A stretch of DNA of 64,000 bases from Candidatus Poribacteria bacterium (lineage in GTDB: Bacteria; Poribacteria; WGA-4E; PCPOR2b). Below, piece after piece: positions 31,553 through 42,096 of the stretch (position 1 is the stretch's first letter; every line of letters starts with the position of its first letter). A program made the translations under genes and the position numbers. The stretch spans positions 448,001 to 512,000 of the forward strand of contig OZ242351.1 in the NCBI GenBank assembly GCA_965208675.1, given 5' to 3'. The notes below the pieces were generated by a model. That model made no database searches and was not told the DNA's origin. It saw only the letters and a list, made by a program, of their open reading frames with translations.

Positions 31553-32524
31553 TCATACATCGATACGATAAAGCGGCGTGAGTCCTTGCGCGAGGCGGTC
31601 GACATTTTCGGCCGCGCACGCTGCACGCTTCAGAGATGTTTGGTACGTGACCCCTGCGATATGCGGAGTCACAACGACGTTGGGGAGCTGGAACACGGGA
31701 AGATTCGGATCGGGCGGTTCTTGAGCGAATACATCAAGACCTGCACCGCCGAGTTTGCCATTGGAAAGCGCCTGATGCAGCGCGGACTCGTCCACTAGTG
31801 CGCCGCGGGCGACATTAATGAGACACGCCGTGGATTTCATCAGGGCGATGCGGCGGGCATCCATAATGCGGCGTGTTGCCGGGTTTAAGTGAAGATGCAG
31901 TGAGAGAAAATCGCTTTCGGATATCACATCGTCCAAATCAGCGGGAGTTCCCATCAAATTGGGTTTTATCTCCCGAAGAATTTCCGGCTCTATGGTTCGG
32001 ACATCAATTGCCAAGATGCGCATTTCAAAAGCCTTTGCTCGCCGTGCGAGTTCCTGTCCACTGGCGCCAAAACCGATAACCCCTAAATTCAGCCCGTTAA
32101 GCTCTCGCCCCACGGCTTCGTTAAAGACCCCAGACTCAAAATCTGAAGCGGCTTGGGGGTATTTATGTGTGAGCATCAAGATAAACATGAATGCGGTTTC
32201 AGCCAATGCGACGCTGCTAAATTGGCCTGGGCAGTTGGCAACGGCAATGCGCCGCGTACGGATGTAATCCATATCGAAATGGTCAAATCCCGTTCCTAAA
32301 ATTTGCCACAAACGAGCATCCGTTGCAGCGTTCATCATTTCGCGGGTGCCAACGCTTCCTCCGTGATCGATGACTACGTCCACGCCGTCGAACTGGGGAA
32401 CAATAGGGTGGGACTCGTCAAAGACGGATAGGTCGTGACGGCCGCTTATGGCTTGGATAACATCATCACACCACGGATGAAAAAGCCGCGTTAGCGGTAG
32501 CAGGAGTACTTTTTGGCGAGGCAT
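31553..32524 (-). CDS. D-isomer-specific 2-hydroxyacid dehydrogenase
   Basis: GVIGFGASG, 'INVARG', 'GAGLDVF..EP' and 'TPHIAG'. Confidence 0.92.
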   Translation of the reverse strand: MPRQKVLLLPLTRLFHPWCDDVIQAISGRHDLSVFDESHPIVPQFDGVDVVIDHGGSVGTREMMNAATDARLWQILGTGFDHFDMDYIRTRRIAVANCPGQFSSVALAETAFMFILMLTHKYPQAASDFESGVFNEAVGRELNGLNLGVIGFGASGQELARRAKAFEMRILAIDVRTIEPEILREIKPNLMGTPADLDDVISESDFLSLHLHLNPATRRIMDARRIALMKSTACLINVARGALVDESALHQALSNGKLGGAGLDVFAQEPPDPNLPVFQLPNVVVTPHIAGVTYQTSLKRAACAAENVDRLAQGLTPLYRIDV

Positions 32525-32829
32525 AATTTACGTTATGTTGCTGTTTGGTCGTGGTCTACTAACGGTCACTCGATACAAGCGTATCAAAACAACATACCTT
32601 CTGAAATTTATCACTAATTCTACCAAATGTAAGAATGAATTCTCAAGAAAATTGCGGTGATGGTTCAAACTAAAGATGCCAGTTGTACAGTTCACATTCT
32701 GGTGATTGTTATCGCATGAAGCGTAGATGATTTCTACCACGGCCTCGCCCCAAAGACTAACTGGATAAAGTCGTTTTGCCGTTATTGGCATTTCGGCATA
32801 ATCACAAATATATCGAACAGCGTTTTGTA

Positions 32830-32858
32830 TTGACTGAGCGGATCGACAGCAGTATTAT
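32830..32858 (+). promoter_or_regulatory. Putative sigma70-type promoter
   Basis: TTGACT-N17-TATTAT upstream of the membrane protein gene. Confidence 0.45.
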
Positions 32859-32995
32859 AGCGCTGAACCAATTTTATTACTAAGGGTCTTCACGTTTTTA
32901 ATTAGGGGCGCGAATTCTCTATGGCAATTCCTTAGGTTTAACGACAGTTCTACTCGTTTCCTCAGAATTGCGCATACTTGAAAATCATAGTTGAA

Positions 32996-34885
32996 ATGAA
33001 ATCGAGCACACCGGACATTACTTTCAAATCCATCGTCATCGGACTAATACTGGTTGGATTAAATGCCTACTGGATAAGCATTGCCAGCCAACTCTGGGGT
33101 TCACACCCAAACCTAATGACACCCTTTGCGAACGTCATTTTTAGCCTCGTCCCTTTTATTTTGCTCAACTTTTTGTTTTCCCGCGTCTCCCGAAAAACAC
33201 TGTTTTCCCGCACGGAACTATTGGTGATGTATGTTATGGCTACCATGGTGACCACAGTTTCGGGGCACGCGTTTATAGAGGTCCTGATTTCTGCGATGGG
33301 GCATCCGTTTTGGTTCGCTTCGCCTGAAAACGAGTGGGAACGACTCTTCTGGCGGTTTGTTCCGTCTTGGTTCACAGTGCAAGACCTTACCGTAGTCAGA
33401 GGATACATTGTGGGCGAATCTTCTATTTTCATCGGCAAACATATCCGGGCTTGGCTTTTCCCTGTAGGGGCATGGTCGGTGTTTATCTTTGTTCTGTTGC
33501 TTGCCCTGTTGTGCATGAACATTATTCTTCGAAAGCAATGGACAGAGCGGGAAAAACTCAGCTATCCATTGATTGAACTGCCGCTGGCAATCACCCAAGA
33601 CAACTTTCGATTCTTCCGTTCTAAGAAAATGTGGGTTGGGTTTAGCATAGCCGCGGGGATTCGAACACTCAACGGACTCAATAGCCTATATCCCATAGTC
33701 CCTGCAGTTCCAACAGGTTACACTATCGGGGGCTTTTCCATGGAGCCGTGGAGCGCCGTTGGATACACGTCCTTTTCTTTCAATTTGTCAATGCTGGGTC
33801 TAACCTATTTCATGCCGTTGGACTTGCTATTTTCCTGTTGGTTCTTTTATTGGCTGGGCAAAGCAGAACACGTCGTCGCGGGAATTTATGGCTGGCGCGA
33901 ACTCCATCTCAACGAACGTTCCGCGGGCAGTTGGGTCGGAATGGGCTTAATCGCCATTTGGATTGGCCGCCGGTATCTTATCGCCGTCGTCAAACAAGCC
34001 GCCGGATGGGGTTCCCAACTGGACGAATCGCGGGAACCGATGCGTTACCGCACCGCCGTTGTCTTATTGCTGTTGAGTTTCGTGTTTCTGTTTCTCTTTT
34101 GCTATCAAGCCGGCATGTCGCCGTGGGCAATCGCCGCATTTTATTTTTTGTTCTTTGTGATGGCGCTTGGACTGACGCGCGTTAGGGCAGAATTAGGGCC
34201 GCCGTACCATGAGGTGGTTTTCGTCAATCCTCGGCAAGTGATGACTGAAGTCTTCGGTTCAAAGCGGTTGGGGGGACCCAACCTCGTCGTTTTGACATTT
34301 CTTTATGCCTTCAATCGATGCAACCGCTCTCATCCGATGCCAAACCAACTAGAATCGCTCAAAATTGGCGAGCAGTCGGGCATGAATCCCTCCAAATTGG
34401 TATTTGCAATGATTCTAGCGATCGGCGTCGGCACAGTGGCGACGTTTGCGGCTTACTACCAAATTGGATACGAACATGGATTATCCGGCAGAGGGTATCT
34501 CGATTATTTGGGCTGGGAATGTTTCAACCCGCTTCAGTCGTGGCTGCAATTTCCAAGCGTTACCAACTGGACTAGCGTTGGATTCATGTCCGGTGGATTC
34601 GGAGTCGTGTTGTTATTGATGGCGATGCGCCGGGCATTCTTCTGGTGGCCATTCCATCCCGCAGGATACGTCTTGCTTGGCGGTACATGGGGCGGGATGA
34701 TCTATTTTTGGTTTCCGCTTTTCGTCAGTTGGACAATTAAAGCGCTGATTCTGAGATATGGCGGGATTGGCTCCTACCGAAAAGCGGCGCCGCTGTTTTT
34801 GGGATTGGTGTTGGGTGACAAGGTGTTATGGGGAGCATGGAGCATTGTCAGCTACCTGTTGAATACGAAAATATCCATGGTGTAG
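32996..34885 (+). CDS. Polytopic membrane protein (DUF6785/DUF6784-like putative peptide transporter)
   Basis: Many TM helices; 'LRKQW...EKLSYP', 'RVRAELG' and 'WWPFHP.GY' motifs. Confidence 0.7.
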   Translation: MKSSTPDITFKSIVIGLILVGLNAYWISIASQLWGSHPNLMTPFANVIFSLVPFILLNFLFSRVSRKTLFSRTELLVMYVMATMVTTVSGHAFIEVLISAMGHPFWFASPENEWERLFWRFVPSWFTVQDLTVVRGYIVGESSIFIGKHIRAWLFPVGAWSVFIFVLLLALLCMNIILRKQWTEREKLSYPLIELPLAITQDNFRFFRSKKMWVGFSIAAGIRTLNGLNSLYPIVPAVPTGYTIGGFSMEPWSAVGYTSFSFNLSMLGLTYFMPLDLLFSCWFFYWLGKAEHVVAGIYGWRELHLNERSAGSWVGMGLIAIWIGRRYLIAVVKQAAGWGSQLDESREPMRYRTAVVLLLLSFVFLFLFCYQAGMSPWAIAAFYFLFFVMALGLTRVRAELGPPYHEVVFVNPRQVMTEVFGSKRLGGPNLVVLTFLYAFNRCNRSHPMPNQLESLKIGEQSGMNPSKLVFAMILAIGVGTVATFAAYYQIGYEHGLSGRGYLDYLGWECFNPLQSWLQFPSVTNWTSVGFMSGGFGVVLLLMAMRRAFFWWPFHPAGYVLLGGTWGGMIYFWFPLFVSWTIKALILRYGGIGSYRKAAPLFLGLVLGDKVLWGAWSIVSYLLNTKISMV

Positions 34886-34928
34886 TAACTTAAGTCAAAT
34901 AATTTCCCAAATTCTATAGCCGCAGACC

Positions 34929-36326
34929 TTACAGCAACAGTTGTGTCCGCTTTTCCCACTCGTCACAAGTCGCACGGGTGCGTTGAACAGATGCCCCGAT
35001 ATACGTTGTCGAATCTCGAAGGACTTCCCGCTGCTTTTCGGTCAGCTTATCAAGGAAAGGGCGCAGCGCTTCGTCAGCCCAGAGAAGGTCGTTCAAGGCT
35101 CGCCCTGTCCGATGGACCTCACCCACTAGTTTGCGGGTGTGATTGTAGGCATCGGGGAATCCGTGATACGCCATCAAGAGGTATATCGGCTCGGCGACGG
35201 TATCGCCGGCACTCATCGCCAAATTTTGACGCATGTTATCCGACTTCACGTTCATTTCGTTCAACGCCCGCTGCAATCTATAAATGGTGTAGTCAAATGC
35301 CGTGAACAACTCCATCAAGAAGCGGCTTGAAGCGGAGTTAGTCAAGTCCCGTTGATGTTCCAAGATTCCATCCATAAATACCGTTGTCATACGCGGCATG
35401 AATGCCTTCCATAGACTCTTGATAGTTTCAAAATCTTCCGGGTTGAGTTTGTGCGGCATCGTCGACGAGCCGACTAGCTGAGTGTCATACTTTTTGCTAA
35501 TCTCGGCAATCTCTGTACGGTAGAGATGCCGTATATCGTCCGCAAAATTTGCAAGGATTGTGTAAGCGGACATGATTGCATACGCCAGATCTGCCAGAAA
35601 TTCGGGCTCTATACATTGTGTGGAAGTGTGGGTGTCGGAGGCTTTCAAACCGAGTTGTTCTAGTAAATCGGCTTCAATTTGTTCAGGTTGTTCCGAGATC
35701 ATTGAAAGCCCGTTGAAGGCGCCGACCGCGCCGGAAAACTGTCCGCGGAGATTTCGGCACGCGGCATCTATCAATTCGATTCGATTCCCAATGCGGCTGA
35801 CATAGAGCGAAAGCGCGTACCCGAAAGTAATAGGTTCTGCATGTTGACCATGCGTTCGCCCAATTTGCACGGTCTCCGCATGTTCACGCGCCAACTGAAT
35901 TAACCGGCTTTCGAGCGCGATGAGATCGGGAAGGATGACTCTCCGTGTTAGATCTTTGTAACGCAACGCGGAAGCCGTATCGAGAATATCCGCCGAGGTG
36001 GCAAAGAGATGCACGTACGGGCGCGATTCGGGACTGATTTTTCTTTGAATGACGTTGACGAGTGAGCGGATGTTGTGGCGAATCCGCGCCTGTTCTTCGT
36101 AGACCTCCGTTGCCGTTACTTCCGATACCGCGCGCTCGACATCATCGGCGATTTCGTGCGAGCAGACACCATGCATGGCAAGCGTCCGCACTAGTGCGGC
36201 TTCAACTTTCGCTTGATATTTAACGTAGCCTGCTTCAGAGACGTAAGGCAGCAGCCTCTTCATAAAGGCTTCGCTGCCGCCGTAATACCTAAAGTCAAGC
36301 GGGCTGACTGCTTCGTACAGTTCCAT
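34929..36326 (-). CDS. purB: Adenylosuccinate lyase
   Basis: 'SPLDFRY', 'GRTHGQHA', 'GSSTMPHK.NP' signature and 'HQRDLTNSA'. Confidence 0.88.
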   Translation of the reverse strand: MELYEAVSPLDFRYYGGSEAFMKRLLPYVSEAGYVKYQAKVEAALVRTLAMHGVCSHEIADDVERAVSEVTATEVYEEQARIRHNIRSLVNVIQRKISPESRPYVHLFATSADILDTASALRYKDLTRRVILPDLIALESRLIQLAREHAETVQIGRTHGQHAEPITFGYALSLYVSRIGNRIELIDAACRNLRGQFSGAVGAFNGLSMISEQPEQIEADLLEQLGLKASDTHTSTQCIEPEFLADLAYAIMSAYTILANFADDIRHLYRTEIAEISKKYDTQLVGSSTMPHKLNPEDFETIKSLWKAFMPRMTTVFMDGILEHQRDLTNSASSRFLMELFTAFDYTIYRLQRALNEMNVKSDNMRQNLAMSAGDTVAEPIYLLMAYHGFPDAYNHTRKLVGEVHRTGRALNDLLWADEALRPFLDKLTEKQREVLRDSTTYIGASVQRTRATCDEWEKRTQLLL

Positions 36327-36382
36327 ATAATTTACTCTCCTAATGAGAAGATTCTATTCGGCGGTTTAACAAGAACGTTAAA

Positions 36383-37402
36383 TCAGCCAGTGTGCGCCGT
36401 GTCATGAACAAATACCCCCGCTCTTGCAGCGGCCTCGATCGCATTTTGGGGGTCAACAACCGTGGGGCCGTTGCGATTGAACCGAACGCGGACGCTTGCT
36501 CCCGGCTTCACCTCAATTTCGCGTTCACCGTCAAGCGCGAGTACACATGCCTTTTGACGACGGAGCACAACCTCGTCATGAGCAGTCAAAAGCCGGTGTT
36601 CAGCGAGGCTCACACGGCGAATAACGCCAGGCGCTATCGGGGCGAGCACCTCCCGTCCTCCGGGTTCCATTCGGAGATAAAGACCGTGCTCGGAAGAACC
36701 GTTCTTGCCTAAAATGTGCGCGCCGATAGAAGAAAGTCCAATTGTGCCTGCTTGGGTCCGCGTCAATATAACCGCTTTTATTTTGGACGCATCCCAGATA
36801 GCGCCGGAGGCAACGAACTGCTCATCGCAGATAGCGGCATCTACCAGAGCGATATCATCCGGCGAATCAGTGACCCGTACTTGGTCCAGATCTTCACAAT
36901 AGATATCGAGTCGCGGTACTTGATTTACCGCCTCGTCTGCCAAGCCGCACGCGACCAAGCCCGCTGCGATGCCGGCGACTGTACCTTCAATCATCGTTGG
37001 GAAGACGTTGTTGGTCCCCGTAGAAATCGGTAAGATGGGAACGTTCTTGCATGCCTTCGCCACACTGCGGTTGGTGCCGTCGCCGCCCAATGTGACGATG
37101 CAGTCGAATTTTTCCGCAACCATGTGCGCCGCTGCCTGCGTCGAATCTTCACTAGTGCTAGTTACCGGCATGGGCAGGACGGAAGAGTCAAACCGCAAGT
37201 CTAGCCCGTCAAGCGCTTTCTCCCCGATGCAGAACGAATCCGGCATAATCAAAACTCGTTTGATGCCAGTCGCGTCCAACCCTAACAACAGCCGTCGGAC
37301 AATATTGACCTTCTCATTATTGTTGAATACTATTCCATGCGCCACGAGTCGGCGGATGTCTTTGCCCGATGCTGGGTTAGCGATGATGCCAACGCTGTTC
37401 AT
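36383..37402 (-). CDS. ATP-NAD kinase/AcoX family protein
   Basis: 'IIANPASGKDIRRLV', 'LGGDGTNR', 'STGTNN.FP' and 'ALDGERE'. Confidence 0.85.
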   Translation of the reverse strand: MNSVGIIANPASGKDIRRLVAHGIVFNNNEKVNIVRRLLLGLDATGIKRVLIMPDSFCIGEKALDGLDLRFDSSVLPMPVTSTSEDSTQAAAHMVAEKFDCIVTLGGDGTNRSVAKACKNVPILPISTGTNNVFPTMIEGTVAGIAAGLVACGLADEAVNQVPRLDIYCEDLDQVRVTDSPDDIALVDAAICDEQFVASGAIWDASKIKAVILTRTQAGTIGLSSIGAHILGKNGSSEHGLYLRMEPGGREVLAPIAPGVIRRVSLAEHRLLTAHDEVVLRRQKACVLALDGEREIEVKPGASVRVRFNRNGPTVVDPQNAIEAAARAGVFVHDTAHTG

Positions 37403-37594
37403 TCTAGCGATAGATTTTCCGTCAAAAGTAAGGGGGACATCCGTGTGCGAACAATTTGGGCTAGGAAGCCGCTCCTTCAGACTTGGAGTACGCCGTCAGA
37501 TTTAGGAGGAACATCCATGTTCCGAGAATTGTGGCTAGAGAACCCTGTCTACGGATTCGGGGTGTGCACGAGATTAACGGGCGGTTCGTGCCTT

Positions 37595-37933
37595 TCAAAC
37601 GCGGATGATTAAGGTGTAGTTTGGCCCTTCAGCTTGCACTTCTCTTTTGGTAATGTTGAGATAAAGTGATTCGTCTTCCTTAAGCGTCCACCCACTCATA
37701 TGTGAACCGACTTTCAGAGGTTTCACGAGGGGTTCAGTTGAATCTGAGCGAAGAGCGAATTCAACGCTTTCGCATGCCGTCAGGTGCACATGGACATCAA
37801 GTGGGCACTCGGCAATTCGGTTGGTGTAAAGCGCGAACTCGCCCGTCGCACTGCCCACAGTACCGGAACCCTCATAGATAAACTGATCTTCCCCCGTAAC
37901 CTTAAGGACAGTTTGCATAAGAGTCTCTCCCAC
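37595..37933 (-). CDS. Hypothetical protein
   Basis: Co-oriented ORF between the ADH and AcoX-like genes; no recognised motif. Confidence 0.5.
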   Translation of the reverse strand: MGETLMQTVLKVTGEDQFIYEGSGTVGSATGEFALYTNRIAECPLDVHVHLTACESVEFALRSDSTEPLVKPLKVGSHMSGWTLKEDESLYLNITKREVQAEGPNYTLIIRV

Positions 37934-38000
37934 GTCATATTGCTAAGTATTCACAACATCAGAGTCTTTCGTTTTGAACTCGGCCGCGCCATTTCGCCCG

Positions 38001-39038
38001 TTATAGCGTGTTGACCATCACCTTTACCGAACCAGTCTTTTTGTCGAGCGCGGTTTCAAAGGCGTCAGACGTACGCTCTAGGTTGAAGCGGTGTGTGACC
38101 AATTCCCGCGGGCGGACTTTTCCGGACACGATGAGATCCGAGGCGATTTCGTAGTCATGGCGCCCATCAACAGCGCTGTAACATACAGCAAATATAAATG
38201 TGACTTCTTTGCCTAGCGCACTTCCAAGGTTTACAGGTACCGGATCGGGAAACACTCCCGTAACGATGACTTTTCCCTTGGGTTTAACCACACTGACCGA
38301 CTGGTCTACACTGGGTGCCGATCCGCCAACGGTTTCGATGACAACGTCAATTTGCTGATCCCCCGCAACCTCCTTGACCTGTTCAGGTAAATTCCTGTCT
38401 TCCAGTCTGATTACGCCGTCCGCACCCATCCGCTCAGCCATATCCGCTTGGACATCGTATTTCGCAACGATGTACACCGCACATGCGCCGAAGGCTTTGG
38501 CAACGGCTAGACTCAACAGCCCAATCGTGCCTGCGCCCAAGACGAGCACGGTGTCGCCGGGTTTCAACCCGCCATACCGGCATGCGTGCACACCGACTGC
38601 GACGGGTTCTACCATTGCGCCGTCTTCATAGGAGAGAGTATCAGGCAAAGGGTCCAACCCCAACCCTTGGACCTCCATATATTCGGCGAACCCGCCGCCC
38701 CAGGGTACCCGATCCTTGTAGGGGCAATGGAAAAATTGACCGGTAAGGCATATCGGACAGTTCCCGCAAGCGTGGTCGCGGGTTAGATCCACACAAACGC
38801 GATCGCCTAGACTGAGGTTACCGGCACCCTCACCGACTTCAACAACCTCGCCGCTGACTTCATGCCCAAGTACGGTGGGATCGGCATAGGGTCGGTCTGA
38901 ATACCAATGAAGGTCGGAGCCGCAAACGCCGCTGCTGAAGACCTTGATTACGGCAGTGCCCGCCTTTGACCGAGCGATGTCTACCTCTTCAACACGCATG
39001 TCGCGGGCATCATACATCACAGCCGCTCTCATATTCAT
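38001..39038 (-). CDS. Zn-dependent alcohol/polyol dehydrogenase (MDR family)
   Basis: 'GVCGSD.H', 'GHE', structural Zn motif CGNCPIC..C and 'GAGTIGL'. Confidence 0.92.
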   Translation of the reverse strand: MNMRAAVMYDARDMRVEEVDIARSKAGTAVIKVFSSGVCGSDLHWYSDRPYADPTVLGHEVSGEVVEVGEGAGNLSLGDRVCVDLTRDHACGNCPICLTGQFFHCPYKDRVPWGGGFAEYMEVQGLGLDPLPDTLSYEDGAMVEPVAVGVHACRYGGLKPGDTVLVLGAGTIGLLSLAVAKAFGACAVYIVAKYDVQADMAERMGADGVIRLEDRNLPEQVKEVAGDQQIDVVIETVGGSAPSVDQSVSVVKPKGKVIVTGVFPDPVPVNLGSALGKEVTFIFAVCYSAVDGRHDYEIASDLIVSGKVRPRELVTHRFNLERTSDAFETALDKKTGSVKVMVNTL

Positions 39039-39098
39039 ATGGTTGCATGCTCCTTTGCCAGCGAATTCGAGTTAACGGAAGGGAAAAGTGTTAGGATT

Positions 39099-41396
39099 TC
39101 AGTTGCCGTTGTTATGTAAGGCAGCCACAATCTTCTCCGGCTTAATCGGCAGGTCATTAACCCGTACCCCGACCGCGTCGACAACCGCGTTGGACATCGT
39201 AGCTAATGTCGGCGTGATTGGCGGTTCGCCGACGCCTTTTGCGCCAAATGGACCGTTTGGTGCTGGAACTTCAACGATTACTGATTCAACGGTAGGTAAA
39301 TCTGCAGAGGTCGACACACGGTAGTCGACAAATCCGGGATTTACATTGCCGTTCTGGTCGTATTGCATCTCCTCCATGATTGCCCACGCATAACCCTGCA
39401 CGGTACCGCCCTCGATTTGTCCTTCAACCGCCATGGGATTGATGGCGAAGCCGACATCTTGAGAGGATACTAATTTGAGCACCTTAATTCGTCCAGTTTC
39501 AGCGTCCACCTCGACTTTAGCGATTTGCGCAGCAAGCGCAGGCGTGCTAGATTGCTGGGCGAAAGAGCCCTTTCCAACGATCGGTCCGCCTCGTGTATTC
39601 AGGCTAAAGGCGGCTAGCTCGCCGAGTGAAATTGACTTGGGCGAATCGGCGCCGTTGACGAATATCTTGCCATCTCTGAGTTCGAAGTTATCAATCTCGG
39701 TGTTCAGCCGCTCTGCAGCGAGTTCAAGGATGCGTCTGCGGGTATCTTCAGCCGCGAGTTTCGCGGTATTGCCCATCGTGAATGTCACAACGCTGCCGCC
39801 GGAACCCGTTGCGTAAGGTGCAGAATCGGTGTCACCGCGCGTGATTGTAACCCGTTCGTACGGTAAGGTTAAAATTTCTGCGACAATCTGGGTGATTGCC
39901 GTATCCGTACCGGTGATGTCCATGGAGCCGTGAAATATTCTCGCACTGCCGTCTTCGTGAATGGAGACATATACGCCGCCCGGACCGCACCCGTTAGTCC
40001 AGTCCCCCACAGCCACGCCCCAGCCTTGATTATGAGATTTATCCCGGTTCCACCAACCTGCAGCATCGGCTACTGCCTTGAGCGTTTCTTTGTAACCGAT
40101 GACGGGTTCTTGGCTGCCGCCGGGGATCATATCTCCTTCCTCACGCATGTTTTTAAGCCGAAATTCGACAGGGTCCATACCGATTCGGCGTGCAATTTCG
40201 TCCAGTTGCGATTCCGCCGCGAAAATTGCCTGAGGAGCACCCGGTGCTCGATAGGCGGTGGTACCGGATTTGTTGGTGTACACGCCGTAGGCATCAACCT
40301 TTAGGTTCGGAATCTTGTAGACGCCGCGCACTCGGATAGTGCTGCCAATTGAGGCGCCCGAAACCGCGCCGGAATCCCAGAACGCCAGTGCTTGGCATGC
40401 AAGGATGCCGCCGGATTTGGTCGCGCCCGTTTTCATCTTAATGACGCATCCAGGCGCAGGGCGTCCGTCAAGGAACTCCTCCTTGCGGGTCACCTGCACC
40501 CTTACGGGTCTGCCCGTTTTCTGCGAGAGCAATACTGCAGGGACATGCGTCATCGTTACGCCGAAACGTCCGCCGAATCCGCCTCCCATAATTGTAGGGA
40601 TAACATTAATTTTGCCGAGTGGGATTCCAAGCGTCCCGGCGATACCCGATCGAATTGCAAACGGTCCCTGCGTACTTGCCCACACCGTAACTTTTCCCGA
40701 AGAATCGGCACTCGCAACAGATACATGCGGTTCCATGTACGTCTGATGCACGCGCGGGATTGTGTATGTATTCTCGACGACAATATCCGATTCCGCAAAC
40801 CCTTTTTCAACATCGCCAATTTCTGTGTGTGTTTCAGCGGAGATGTTGTAGTACACATCCTCCTCAAGCGTTTCCAACTCGGTTTCCAACGTACGAATTT
40901 CTTCGCTGCTGCCTTCCGACTCGTCTAGGGATAGTTGCTTCAACCTATTTCGGATGCCGCGGCGCGAGGGGCCGTCTTTGGTTTCATCGCTATGCAGACG
41001 CGGCGCCGTAGGCTGAATTGATTCCATTACGTTTTGCACAACCGGAAGGCGTTCATATTCGATATTAATTAGCCCTGCCGCTTCGTCCGCGATGTCTGAA
41101 TCAGTTGCTGCGACTGCGGCAATCGGTTCTCCAGAATACAGGACTTTATCTGACGCAAATACTTTTCGTCCGCTCTCAACATCCGCCTGCGTAATAATAG
41201 CGCGCACTCCAGGCAACATTTCGGCTTCGGTGGTGTCAATGTGAAGAATCTTAGCGTGGGGGTATTCGCTGCGTACAATTTTGCCGTAGAGCATACCGGG
41301 CGGATGTACATCTGCGCCGTACTTCGCTGCACCGGTGACTTTTTCAAGTGCATCAACTCTTGGTAGCCTTCTACCCACGACCGAATATTCTGGCAT
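39099..41396 (-). CDS. Xanthine dehydrogenase-family molybdopterin-binding (large) subunit
   Basis: 'KVTG.A.Y..D', 'GGGFGG', 'AYRAPG', 'GQIEGG' and 'GAKGVGE'. Confidence 0.92.
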   Translation of the reverse strand: MPEYSVVGRRLPRVDALEKVTGAAKYGADVHPPGMLYGKIVRSEYPHAKILHIDTTEAEMLPGVRAIITQADVESGRKVFASDKVLYSGEPIAAVAATDSDIADEAAGLINIEYERLPVVQNVMESIQPTAPRLHSDETKDGPSRRGIRNRLKQLSLDESEGSSEEIRTLETELETLEEDVYYNISAETHTEIGDVEKGFAESDIVVENTYTIPRVHQTYMEPHVSVASADSSGKVTVWASTQGPFAIRSGIAGTLGIPLGKINVIPTIMGGGFGGRFGVTMTHVPAVLLSQKTGRPVRVQVTRKEEFLDGRPAPGCVIKMKTGATKSGGILACQALAFWDSGAVSGASIGSTIRVRGVYKIPNLKVDAYGVYTNKSGTTAYRAPGAPQAIFAAESQLDEIARRIGMDPVEFRLKNMREEGDMIPGGSQEPVIGYKETLKAVADAAGWWNRDKSHNQGWGVAVGDWTNGCGPGGVYVSIHEDGSARIFHGSMDITGTDTAITQIVAEILTLPYERVTITRGDTDSAPYATGSGGSVVTFTMGNTAKLAAEDTRRRILELAAERLNTEIDNFELRDGKIFVNGADSPKSISLGELAAFSLNTRGGPIVGKGSFAQQSSTPALAAQIAKVEVDAETGRIKVLKLVSSQDVGFAINPMAVEGQIEGGTVQGYAWAIMEEMQYDQNGNVNPGFVDYRVSTSADLPTVESVIVEVPAPNGPFGAKGVGEPPITPTLATMSNAVVDAVGVRVNDLPIKPEKIVAALHNNGN

Positions 41397-41471
41397 GAAA
41401 ATTACTCCTCATACGTTTTCATGGCGATCGACCAATTGGAATTAGATTTCAGCTTGAAAAAACAGCGGTCT

Positions 41472-41963
41472 CTAGCGCGCCTGCCGCGCACTGCGCATCA
41501 ACTCCGCCGCACTCATGACTGCCTCAATAATTTTCGTGTATCCCGTACATCGACAGATATTGCCGCCGAGAGCGTGCCTGACCTCGGCTTCCGTTGCGTT
41601 AGGGTTTTCCTCAAGGAAGGCTTTCGACGCCATGATGAAGCCCGGCGTGCAGAAGCCGCACTGATAGCCGCCCTTGTCGATAAACGCATGCTGCAGGGGA
41701 TGCAAAGAACTGCCGCTCGATAGTCCTTCAATCGTCTTGATTGCTTTTCCGTTGGCACTGGCGGCGAGCATTAAGCACGATGTCACTGATTTACCATCAA
41801 CCGTGACGGTACACGCGCCGCAGTCGCCGGTGCTACATCCTTCTTTCGTTCCTGTCAAACCAATCGTATCCCGCAGAACCGCCAACAGCGTTTTTCGCGG
41901 TCCAACCAGCAAATCATACTGATCGTTATTGACAGTAAAACTTACCAAATGTTTCTTCATCAA
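41472..41963 (-). CDS. XDH-family [2Fe-2S] small subunit
   Basis: 'GTKEGCSTGDCGACT', 'QCGFCTPG' and 'NICRCTGY'. Confidence 0.95.
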   Translation of the reverse strand: MMKKHLVSFTVNNDQYDLLVGPRKTLLAVLRDTIGLTGTKEGCSTGDCGACTVTVDGKSVTSCLMLAASANGKAIKTIEGLSSGSSLHPLQHAFIDKGGYQCGFCTPGFIMASKAFLEENPNATEAEVRHALGGNICRCTGYTKIIEAVMSAAELMRSARQAR

Positions 41964-42096
41964 CTTCTGCCATTCCTTTCGGTGTCACCTTAAAGTTCAG
42001 AGGATTTGGGACACGGCAATTCGCTTAAAATGAGGAATTTTGGGATAAATTTGCACATGTAACAACTGTATACCTGCGTATAGTAGGAATAAGGGT

